Made by a program: the position numbers and the translations under genes | Shown here: in pieces, positions 54,069 through 61,705 of the stretch | Layout: the number at the start of each line of letters is the position of its first letter | Numbering within the stretch: the stretch's first letter is position 1 | Sequence record: NC_061449.1 | Length of the DNA stretch: 64,000 nucleotides | Strand: one strand, 5' to 3' | The notes under the pieces: model-generated | Database searches by the model: none | The model's input: only the letters and a program-made list of their open reading frames with translations | Told to the model about the DNA's origin: nothing

Positions 54069-54260
54069 ATGAAAACCACAAACGAAATGATCAAAGAGTT
54101 GCGACAACGCGGCGAGCTTGTTATTGAAGAACGCCAGAAAGACGCAGTACCCGACTTAACGTTCACGCTTGATTGTCTATGTCTCACATACAAGAAGCGT
54201 GAAGTAGAAACGACCAAGCGAGGCCGCGTTATCACAATCAAGTTGACGAACATGCACTAA
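54069..54260 (+). CDS. hypothetical protein, 63 aa
   Basis: Short ORF in operon. Confidence 0.55.
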   Translation: MKTTNEMIKELRQRGELVIEERQKDAVPDLTFTLDCLCLTYKKREVETTKRGRVITIKLTNMH

Positions 54261-54401
54261 CAATCCAGTTTGGCTCGCCCGTCCAGAAATGCTCACCCCC
54301 TAATGAGGCGCCTATCGCAGAGGCGTGACGGTGCGGGTCCTTTTTAGAACGTACTTATTAGTGCGTTGCATAAAGTACCTAAAACCAAACAGGAGGCTGT
54401 T

Positions 54402-54668
54402 ATGAAGTTTAACGATGTAAGCAAAGATGCTCAGGTAATTCTTATGGGTGGCGCACTTGCCGGTGTGATTGAAGTCTTCGGACGCGACGAAGAAGATGAA
54501 GGCAAAAAGCTGATCGAAACAGCATTGAGCCAAGTCGGTATGACGTTCGACGAGTTCCGTGTTCTGATGACAGAGATGACACCGGAAGTTGAGGCAGAAG
54601 TTGAAGCAATGCTCGGCAATCGCAATGAAGACGGCCAGACTGATGAAAATGGCTGGAGCAAAGAATGA
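54402..54668 (+). CDS. acidic hypothetical protein, 88 aa
   Basis: RBS hairpin AACAG-GAGG-CTGTT. Confidence 0.75.
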   Translation: MKFNDVSKDAQVILMGGALAGVIEVFGRDEEDEGKKLIETALSQVGMTFDEFRVLMTEMTPEVEAEVEAMLGNRNEDGQTDENGWSKE

Positions 54669-54880
54669 GCCGACGACCAACGCAAGATGAAGTGAACGGT
54701 CAGATAGCTGCGTCCGAAGAGCAACGCTATAACGAACAAATCGCTCAATATGACGACTGGACAGACGACGAGCTGGCAGATGCTGTAGAAGCTAATGAGC
54801 TTGTACGCGAAGATGAAGACGCAAGCGACTACAGCCGCGAAGCGCTGATTCGTATGCTGCTGGCTGATAGACGCTTCTAA
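54665..54880 (+). CDS. small acidic HeH/Rho-N-like protein, 71 aa
   Basis: YDDWTDDELADAVEANEL...SREALIRMLL. Confidence 0.7.
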   Translation: MSRRPTQDEVNGQIAASEEQRYNEQIAQYDDWTDDELADAVEANELVREDEDASDYSREALIRMLLADRRF

Positions 54881-54882
54881 GC

Positions 54883-54934
54883 ATAAAACTGGACAAAATG
54901 AGGGTTGTATCAGAATAGCGCCCTGAGCTATACT
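54883..54934 (+). promoter_or_regulatory. early-type promoter P8
   Basis: ATAAAACTGGACAAAATGAGG-TTGTAT-18 nt-TATACT. Confidence 0.7.
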
Positions 54935-54940
54935 ATACAG

Positions 54941-55125
54941 ACAGCGAGACATGTTCTCTCTGTGATGTGCCTATAACGTCTTGACCGTGTGTTTATCTTT
55001 TCCCGGGCACACGGTCCTTTTTAAAGCCGCTTCCTGTGAGGCTGTTTTAAAAAGGGTTCGATACCCTTTGAGCGCGCCGGGCTTTACGCGGTTTCCGCCT
55101 ATCGTGCTCTCATGCTAAACCGCAA
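54941..55125 (+). ncRNA. candidate structured leader or small RNA containing a tRNA-like T-arm
   Basis: Four to five hairpins including GACCGTGTG/CACACGGTC and AAGGG-TTCGATA-CCCTT; no ORF. Confidence 0.4.
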
Positions 55126-55136
55126 AGGAAATTGAT

Positions 55137-55856
55137 ATGCCTACTACTTCACGCCCTAAAACAGAAGACAAATTCTCTCAGGCTCGTGCTGCTAAGAACT
55201 CTCCAGAGCGTCAGGCCGCCGCCGAAAAGAAACGTCACAAGGAAACTCCGCCGAAATCAGTACAGGCGAAGTTAGATGCCGTAGCTGCTTCTAAAAAGAA
55301 GACGCCGCGTGGTCCGTCTTCTGTTAGGCCAAAAGCCAGTGCCCCGACTCCTTCTTTCAAGGAACACCTTGCTAAGAAGCGAGTGCGCGATGAAGAACGC
55401 GTGTTCAATTTGGTTCATGCAATTCTTTCTGCGTGGAAAGCAGATGTGGGTCACGCTGAACACACTGCCGCTTCTGCGGGCATCATCAAAGTGTCGCGTC
55501 GTAAGATTGAAGGCGCCCTGCGTGACCTCAAGAATACGCGCTTCACTAAGATCCCGACGCTCATTAATGACGTCCTCGTGTATAACGAAGTCTGCAATGA
55601 GTTTGGTCAGTGGGTATACGTCGAGCATGATAGTCCTGATTGGATTTTCGTGCGTCTGCCTGAAAACAGCACACCTGTGATTCGTGCTGATATCAGCTAC
55701 GACAAGACAGGGGAAACACCTGCCTCTATTTCGACTTCAAGCGAAGCTCTGCTGGCCGACTTCGACGAAGAAGAGGAAGACGAGATTCCTGAGAACGTCG
55801 AATATGATGACGAGAATGATTCCGATCTTGCCGAAGAAGAAGAGGAGGAAGAATAA
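55137..55856 (+). CDS. hypothetical protein with basic N-terminus and acidic C-terminus, 239 aa
   Basis: AAGGA RBS. Confidence 0.8.
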   Translation: MPTTSRPKTEDKFSQARAAKNSPERQAAAEKKRHKETPPKSVQAKLDAVAASKKKTPRGPSSVRPKASAPTPSFKEHLAKKRVRDEERVFNLVHAILSAWKADVGHAEHTAASAGIIKVSRRKIEGALRDLKNTRFTKIPTLINDVLVYNEVCNEFGQWVYVEHDSPDWIFVRLPENSTPVIRADISYDKTGETPASISTSSEALLADFDEEEEDEIPENVEYDDENDSDLAEEEEEEE

Positions 55857-56305
55857 TGGCCTCTTCAATTCGTCCGGCATCCGAAACTGCTGCAATGATC
55901 ATTGAAAACGTCACGCTCTATTCTCAAGAGAAGGGGCATGATTATACGCTGCCGCGCTTTAAAATGTCAGACGCAGCAATACGCCGCATTTCAGGGCATA
56001 CGCGCTTGCTGCCTGAAAGCTATATCGAACAGCTCACCGTCGAGCTACAACAACTTGACTGGTTAATCGTTCGATATGAAGCAGGCATGTTTGTCTTCAT
56101 GTCGTATGCAGTGGCAAAGAACTGGACGACTTTGAGCGCAAAGCGTGTTGTGCCAAACGACGACCTAAACGCTGAGTACGATACGTGGACGTTGCCTGAG
56201 CTACAGGGATTCGCTCAACGTAACGACTTCTTACAGCCCGACGAAGAGGGGTTTCACGATAGAGCGTCAGTGATTCGCGCTATCATGCGAGGCGAGACTC
56301 ACTAA
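55856..56305 (+). CDS. hypothetical protein, 149 aa, with C-terminal HeH-like module
   Basis: YDTWTLPELQGFAQRNDF...DRASVIRAIM. Confidence 0.75.
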   Translation: MASSIRPASETAAMIIENVTLYSQEKGHDYTLPRFKMSDAAIRRISGHTRLLPESYIEQLTVELQQLDWLIVRYEAGMFVFMSYAVAKNWTTLSAKRVVPNDDLNAEYDTWTLPELQGFAQRNDFLQPDEEGFHDRASVIRAIMRGETH

Positions 56306-56358
56306 GCAATAACGAGCGGGGCAGTATATAGCTGCCCTGCTATCTGCGAAGTATGCAG

Positions 56359-56408
56359 AAAACTGGACAAAATCGTGGTTGCTATCTGAAAGCGACCTAT
56401 GATATACT
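56359..56408 (+). promoter_or_regulatory. early-type promoter P9
   Basis: AAAACTGGACAAAAT...TTGCTA-18 nt-TATACT with TG extension. Confidence 0.8.
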
Positions 56409-56465
56409 TAATGCAGACGCAATAGTGCGTCGCACATAAAACACATATACTGAGGAGTATTAATC

Positions 56466-58082
56466 ATGGCACGTATCGAAACTAACACTAACCTGGTTGG
56501 CAAAACTATCGTCCTGCTGAACGGCACCAAAACTAAAATCGAAGATGCAATCGCATCCGGCTACAAAGTGAAAGGCCAGACGAAACGTATCGCTACCCGT
56601 TGCGTTGTGAAAGATGGTGCGCACTTCCGTGAAATCGAACGTATGAACATGAGCCAGCTGGAAGATACAGGCGAAGGTTATGTTAAGCTGAAAGATGCGA
56701 AAGCGTCTGGCAAGAAAGCGACCGGCAAGAAAGACGCTGTGAAAGAGAAAGCGCCTAAGACTTCTGGTAAGAAGACTGGCGGCAAAGTCTCGAAAGAGAA
56801 AGAGCCGAAAGTTCGTCGCAAAACAAAAGTTAGTGGAGGCGAAGACGAGCTGGACTTCAATGATTTTTCAGCAACCGCTGTTGCTGGCTCTATCATCAAA
56901 GGCGGCAAGGCGAAACCTGCTGTTGAAATCGAGGCTGTAGACGAAACGCTGACCGATACTGTAGCCAAACGTCTGGTGGCGCTGATTGAAAACAGCGAAA
57001 TTGCGAAAGTGTGCGCTGACAACAAAACGCCGATCGCTAACGCGCTGTCAGTTGCTTACGGTGCTGAGTACGCCGAAGAGAACAACACAATGCAGATCAC
57101 GCTGAGCCTGCAATATGCGATGCCTGTCAAAGATACCGCTGTTGCGCCTGAGCTTGATGAAGCTGTTGCGAAACGTGCCTCCAAACTTGCTGCTAAGAAG
57201 ATTGGCAAAGTGCTGGCGAAAGCAATCAAAGCTGCGTTTGATCTCGAAGATGCAAACGACCTGCTGCCCGGTACTGTACTGACCACTGACGGTGCTGAGT
57301 TCGTGTTTGTGGGTGAATCTGCTAAACACGCCGGCAAAGCGCTGATGTATAGCGCAGACACTGACGGCTTCAAATCATTCGGCGCCGACAAGCTGTCCGA
57401 CTTCGAAATCGTCGCTGAGGAAAGCGAAGAAGTCGAAGAAGAAGAGGAAGAAGAGGAAGAAGAAGTCGAAGAAGTCGAAGAAGAAGAGGAAGACGGCGAA
57501 GACGACGACAACGTAGAAGATGACGGCGAGCCACAAGACGCCGAATACGAGTTCGTTGCTGTCGAAGCTGATCAACTCGAACTGGTCAACAAGAAAGTGA
57601 CCGCGAAGTATCACGCTGCACTTGCCGAACGTTTCGGCGTAGACGAAGAAGCGCTCGCCCCTGGCCTGATGTTGACTGACGGCGAAACAACCTTCGCTTA
57701 TCTGGGCTGCGATAGCAAAGGCGGGCTGTTGGTAATCGACCTGTCTGACGACGCAGACGAAGAAGATAACGTTCTGGTCTATAGTAAAGCGGATATCAAA
57801 ACGCTGAACGACTTTAGCCCTGTGATCGATAGCGGTGAAGCTGACGACGCCGAAGAAGACACCGAAGAAGAAAACGACACCGAAGAAGAAAACGACTTCG
57901 AAGATGAAGACGGTGAAGAAGACGAAGACGAAGAAGACTTCGAATTTGACGACGCACCGAGCGAAGACCTCGAAGATCTGTCCGAAGACGAGCTGCGTGA
58001 TCGCGCTGTTGAAGCCGGTCTGACTACGCCGCGTAAAGCAGACAAAATGAATGCTGCCCAGCTGCGTAAGCTCCTGAAGTAA
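56466..58082 (+). CDS. large protein with long acidic tracts, 538 aa; paralogue of 58159-59571
   Basis: RBS hairpin ATACT-GAGG-AGTAT; poly-Glu/Asp linkers; repeated beta domain; C-terminal HeH-like module. Confidence 0.88.
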   Translation: MARIETNTNLVGKTIVLLNGTKTKIEDAIASGYKVKGQTKRIATRCVVKDGAHFREIERMNMSQLEDTGEGYVKLKDAKASGKKATGKKDAVKEKAPKTSGKKTGGKVSKEKEPKVRRKTKVSGGEDELDFNDFSATAVAGSIIKGGKAKPAVEIEAVDETLTDTVAKRLVALIENSEIAKVCADNKTPIANALSVAYGAEYAEENNTMQITLSLQYAMPVKDTAVAPELDEAVAKRASKLAAKKIGKVLAKAIKAAFDLEDANDLLPGTVLTTDGAEFVFVGESAKHAGKALMYSADTDGFKSFGADKLSDFEIVAEESEEVEEEEEEEEEEVEEVEEEEEDGEDDDNVEDDGEPQDAEYEFVAVEADQLELVNKKVTAKYHAALAERFGVDEEALAPGLMLTDGETTFAYLGCDSKGGLLVIDLSDDADEEDNVLVYSKADIKTLNDFSPVIDSGEADDAEEDTEEENDTEEENDFEDEDGEEDEDEEDFEFDDAPSEDLEDLSEDELRDRAVEAGLTTPRKADKMNAAQLRKLLK

Positions 58083-58100
58083 TCTCGTAACACTGAAATA

Positions 58101-58127
58101 AGATGCGGTTCATACAGAGCCGCATCT
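58101..58127 (+). other. intergenic hairpin
   Basis: AGATGCGG(T)TC-ATACA-GA(G)CCGCATCT. Confidence 0.6.
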
Positions 58128-58158
58128 CTGACAACTAAGCTGATTGAGGAATCACACT

Positions 58159-59571
58159 ATGTCAAACGCAAATGCAAACCTGTTGAACGCTCGTGTACGT
58201 CGTCTGGACGGTACTGTAACTTACATCAATAAAGTAAATAGTAACGGTTATAGCACCGACGCGAAAGGTCCGCAGATTCCAGTTAAGCGTATCGTGCTTG
58301 CTGGCAAAACGCTGAAAGAGATTGAAGCGCCGTTAGCGAAAGCTGAACACGTTCTGATTGACGGTATCACTGTGAAGCTGAACAAGCGCCAGCAGAAAGA
58401 CTTGCTCAACAACGAGCTTGATCTCGACACAATCAAGCCAGACTTTAGCTCTCTGGTGTACATTGACCCTGAGACAGGCAAGCCAGCTACTGCGAAAGCA
58501 CCGAAAGCAGAGAAAGCTGCAAAGCCTAAAGCAGGGCTGAAAGCAACACGCGAGCGTAACGAAGCGAAAGGTCCTTCACTCGCACAGCAGGTAGACGCAG
58601 TGATCGCTGATGCTAATAGCGTAGCGAAACGCGCCGATGCAGCGAAAGCGTTTGGCATGTTGTGGAAAGATTTGAAAGTTGCCAAGGGCGTTGACGTTGT
58701 AAAAGCTCTTGGCCGTAGCCATGTACGTAAAGCGCTCAAAGCGCTGGACACCGAAGCTGCTAACCTGAAAGCTGATGTAGATTTGCTGCCGTCTGATAAA
58801 GTTGATCGCAAAGCAGAACTGGCACACACTATCGACGCAACCATCGCCGATGCTGATACGCAAGATCGCCGTAAGCTGTTGAGCGAAGCGTTTGACATGG
58901 ACTGGAAAGACGTTAAGAAGCACGGTGGTAAGGGCGTCATCAAGCACATGGGCCGTAAAGCTGCCCAGTCTGCTGTGAATCGTCTGCGTGAAGGCGTGAA
59001 GCAAGACACGTTCATTAAGCAAATGCCTATCGCGCTGAAACGTCTGATTCAAGACGGCAATCTGACGCTGAACAAAGCGCAGATTGAACGTGTGCTGGGT
59101 GCGCTTGACCTCGACGTGAAGTTCTACGACGTGGCAATGCAAACACTGCTGGGTAATCTCAAGCTGTCTCTCGACAAATCTATTGAGAACCCGAAAGTGA
59201 AAGAGAAGAAAGCGAAGCACAAACTTGCAGTGCCGACCTACGCTTCTGAAAAAGAACAGACCAAGCGTGTGCGCAAAATGACTATCAAGCTCATTAAGCC
59301 CCCGAAGAAAGAAATGAAAGCGGCAAGAGCGCACATGAAAGAATCAAAAGCGATCATCGCCAAGAAGCTGGGCATCAAACCTGCTGATGTGAAGCGTGGC
59401 CTGATCTGCTACAAGCCGAACGGTGTTGAGCTGATGTTCGTCGCGTGTGACATGACCGGCCCTGTCTTCATCGAGAAAGACGGCAGCGAATGTGTAATGG
59501 CACATGCCAACGTTGCACACACCTTCAATCTGACTCTGGGCCCTAAATCTGAACTGGATGCTGCTGTATGA
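58159..59571 (+). CDS. large Lys/Ala-rich basic protein, 470 aa, with internal tandem repeat
   Basis: RBS hairpin TGATT-GAGG-AATCA; two copies of A...DA.IADA.....R......AF...WKD.K. Confidence 0.88.
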   Translation: MSNANANLLNARVRRLDGTVTYINKVNSNGYSTDAKGPQIPVKRIVLAGKTLKEIEAPLAKAEHVLIDGITVKLNKRQQKDLLNNELDLDTIKPDFSSLVYIDPETGKPATAKAPKAEKAAKPKAGLKATRERNEAKGPSLAQQVDAVIADANSVAKRADAAKAFGMLWKDLKVAKGVDVVKALGRSHVRKALKALDTEAANLKADVDLLPSDKVDRKAELAHTIDATIADADTQDRRKLLSEAFDMDWKDVKKHGGKGVIKHMGRKAAQSAVNRLREGVKQDTFIKQMPIALKRLIQDGNLTLNKAQIERVLGALDLDVKFYDVAMQTLLGNLKLSLDKSIENPKVKEKKAKHKLAVPTYASEKEQTKRVRKMTIKLIKPPKKEMKAARAHMKESKAIIAKKLGIKPADVKRGLICYKPNGVELMFVACDMTGPVFIEKDGSECVMAHANVAHTFNLTLGPKSELDAAV

Positions 59572-59951
59572 CAAATAACGAAATCCTTTTGTCTGGCATG
59601 TTTGCTCAACTCTATGCGCGGCTGGTAACAGCCGCAGTATTGAAGACCCACGTGTACTACTCTGACTTAGCGCCGATTGTATTCGGCGTTCAACTATCCG
59701 TGATAAGCAGTGCGCAGTACGATGCACTGTGGTCTCTTTTAAAAGAGACCATGCGTATTGATATATCGCAGGGTAGACCGCCGCTCGCAGCACTGTATGT
59801 ATCACGGGCGTCCGATAGTAAACTGCCCGCTAAGAAATTCTTTCGTGAGTACCACAAGCTCACGGGCAAGCATTTGTCAGAAGCTGAATGGCAAGCACTC
59901 GTCGAGAATGTGTGGAACAACTATTCACCAGATCTTCGGGAGCCATCATGA
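59568..59951 (+). CDS. small putative DNA-binding protein, 127 aa
   Basis: VYYSDLA...DISQGRPPLAALYVS...FF resembles a YxxLA/GRPxLSALVV domain seen fused to some nucleases. Confidence 0.55.
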   Translation: MTNNEILLSGMFAQLYARLVTAAVLKTHVYYSDLAPIVFGVQLSVISSAQYDALWSLLKETMRIDISQGRPPLAALYVSRASDSKLPAKKFFREYHKLTGKHLSEAEWQALVENVWNNYSPDLREPS

Positions 59952-60409
59952 AAAAGGCCAAAGTAGCAATTAGTCGCGGTGGCTACAGACCGTCATCGCA
60001 AGAAGAAGCAAAGAAGCTGATAGCTGAATTTATTCTCGGTACTATCGGCGTCGACCCTACTGTTATCAGTCAACAAATGCTGTTGAACGTTGCGAACTAC
60101 AACTACCTAACGTCTATCGCAGACACAGGCAAGGCAAACGCAGCCAACCAAGCAGCATTGCATAAAACTGTAAAAGAACTTAATGCGTTCTGTAGACTGC
60201 ACAAGATTCAACTGGGATTACTAATTATGCCCCATACATCTGCTAGTGATTATTCTGGCGATGAAGTTGTAGCGATTCCGTGGGAGCATGTGCAGAAAAA
60301 CGCATTAAGCCAGTCTGCCATCGAGTCGCTGTTTCAAACAGTTGAAGCCGATGGTTATCCGCAGTTTGTGACTGATGCGAAAACAGTAGAGGGATACAAT
60401 GTTTTATGA
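59948..60409 (+). CDS. hypothetical protein, 153 aa
   Basis: GGGAG RBS; ATGA coupling. Confidence 0.75.
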   Translation: MKKAKVAISRGGYRPSSQEEAKKLIAEFILGTIGVDPTVISQQMLLNVANYNYLTSIADTGKANAANQAALHKTVKELNAFCRLHKIQLGLLIMPHTSASDYSGDEVVAIPWEHVQKNALSQSAIESLFQTVEADGYPQFVTDAKTVEGYNVL

Positions 60410-61679
60410 TCATGTATTCAGCCACGACGAGAAGCAATTGCTCTTGTCTGTGGCAGAATCTAAATATCTGGTTCGGCTAGACTGCCCAGAGTATTTGAAG
60501 AAATCGAAACACGCGATTGAAATTCGCCACACTGTGACGAACCGTGGTGAGCAACGTCGCAGTGGTACAATCACAACTGCGTTTGTACCGCGTATTCATT
60601 CTGCGACTGTGCAGCGCCTTGTGCGCGATGTTCGTGACTCTGCCTCAAAGAGTTCGTCTGATAATCTCGCTGCGCTGTTTGAGCTGGGTCTTGGTGTACC
60701 GAAGCAACACGATATTGCAGTGTACCTGAAAGACTACTCGCGTGAGAACGATAAGAAAGGTGTGGGTATCAAATATATCCGCAAACTGATTAACGAGTAC
60801 CATCGAAAGCATCGTCACAGTTTTGCCGGTAGTCGCTGGTTGATGCCCGCAGCGTATACTGCGAACATGCTCAACATGCAGAACTTCATTCATCTGAAAG
60901 AAGACGGTTACTCGAAGAAAGTAAAAGTACCTGAGGGTGTGCCTGTCGTGTTCATCTACCAGAACACGAATCATGAGAAAGCGATGTTTACGATGTGCGA
61001 CGCATTCATGATAAGCCCGCTCGGTTACCCGATGCCGTTCGCGCAGATAGCGTTACGACCTGAGTTCAAAGCTGCACCGAAAGAGTTCAAGTCGAAAGCG
61101 CTGCGTGGCAAAAGCATGTACGCCATGGTCATGGGCATTGTCTACTGGGAAGAAGGAAGTGCGATTGAGAACTTCCGGGAGCTACAGGCAATTGATGACG
61201 ACCCGTATCTGACGCTGCTTAGTGACGAGAAGTACGCTGACCGCCGCTCTGAGGAGTATCAAGAGCTGCTGGACAAACGTGTTGAACTGAACGAGCAAGC
61301 GAAACACTGGAACGCAGTGATCGCTAAGTATGGCAACACAACGCGCACTCTGAAACCCGAACAAGTCGAGAAGCTACAGAAAGCCGAAGCGTTTTTCAAA
61401 GAACGCAAAGAGTTCATGGACGACTTCGACAAGTTCGAGAAGAAAGAAAACCACAAAGCTGCGAAGAAGTTCGCTGCTGCGAAAGCGCTGTTTGCCGCTG
61501 TTGATTGTGGCACTATCATGGACCGCACGACTTATATGTCCGTGTCGTCTGGGCTTGACGATGTGAATAAGATTCTTACCGTATGGGGATTCACAACCGT
61601 CAATACTGTTAATGTTAGTTTGAAGAAGTCTGTTCTTACATACGACCGCAAAAACGCAAGCCGCGTCTGGTCACTGTAA
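60399..61679 (+). CDS. hypothetical protein, 426 aa
   Basis: Long ORF; GAGGGA RBS. Confidence 0.8.
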   Translation: MFYDHVFSHDEKQLLLSVAESKYLVRLDCPEYLKKSKHAIEIRHTVTNRGEQRRSGTITTAFVPRIHSATVQRLVRDVRDSASKSSSDNLAALFELGLGVPKQHDIAVYLKDYSRENDKKGVGIKYIRKLINEYHRKHRHSFAGSRWLMPAAYTANMLNMQNFIHLKEDGYSKKVKVPEGVPVVFIYQNTNHEKAMFTMCDAFMISPLGYPMPFAQIALRPEFKAAPKEFKSKALRGKSMYAMVMGIVYWEEGSAIENFRELQAIDDDPYLTLLSDEKYADRRSEEYQELLDKRVELNEQAKHWNAVIAKYGNTTRTLKPEQVEKLQKAEAFFKERKEFMDDFDKFEKKENHKAAKKFAAAKALFAAVDCGTIMDRTTYMSVSSGLDDVNKILTVWGFTTVNTVNVSLKKSVLTYDRKNASRVWSL

Positions 61680-61705
61680 ACCACTTATCTGAGGAGATAA
61701 CGCAA

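Noticed and set aside
55052-55078. Canonical tRNA gene suggested by GGTTCGATACC
   Set aside because: No D-loop, no 7-nt anticodon loop and no CCA; kept only as a tRNA-like structure finding.
57858-57893. 18-bp tandem duplication (GACACCGAAGAAGAAAAC x2)
   Set aside because: Ordinary slippage within an acidic linker; adds nothing beyond the larger repeat at 63017.
4659-59334. Many other minus-strand and nested ORFs in the track (for example 4659-5402, 8842-9501, 53621-54253, 58248-59015, 58576-59334)
   Set aside because: They fully overlap better-supported + strand genes that have RBSs and operon coupling.
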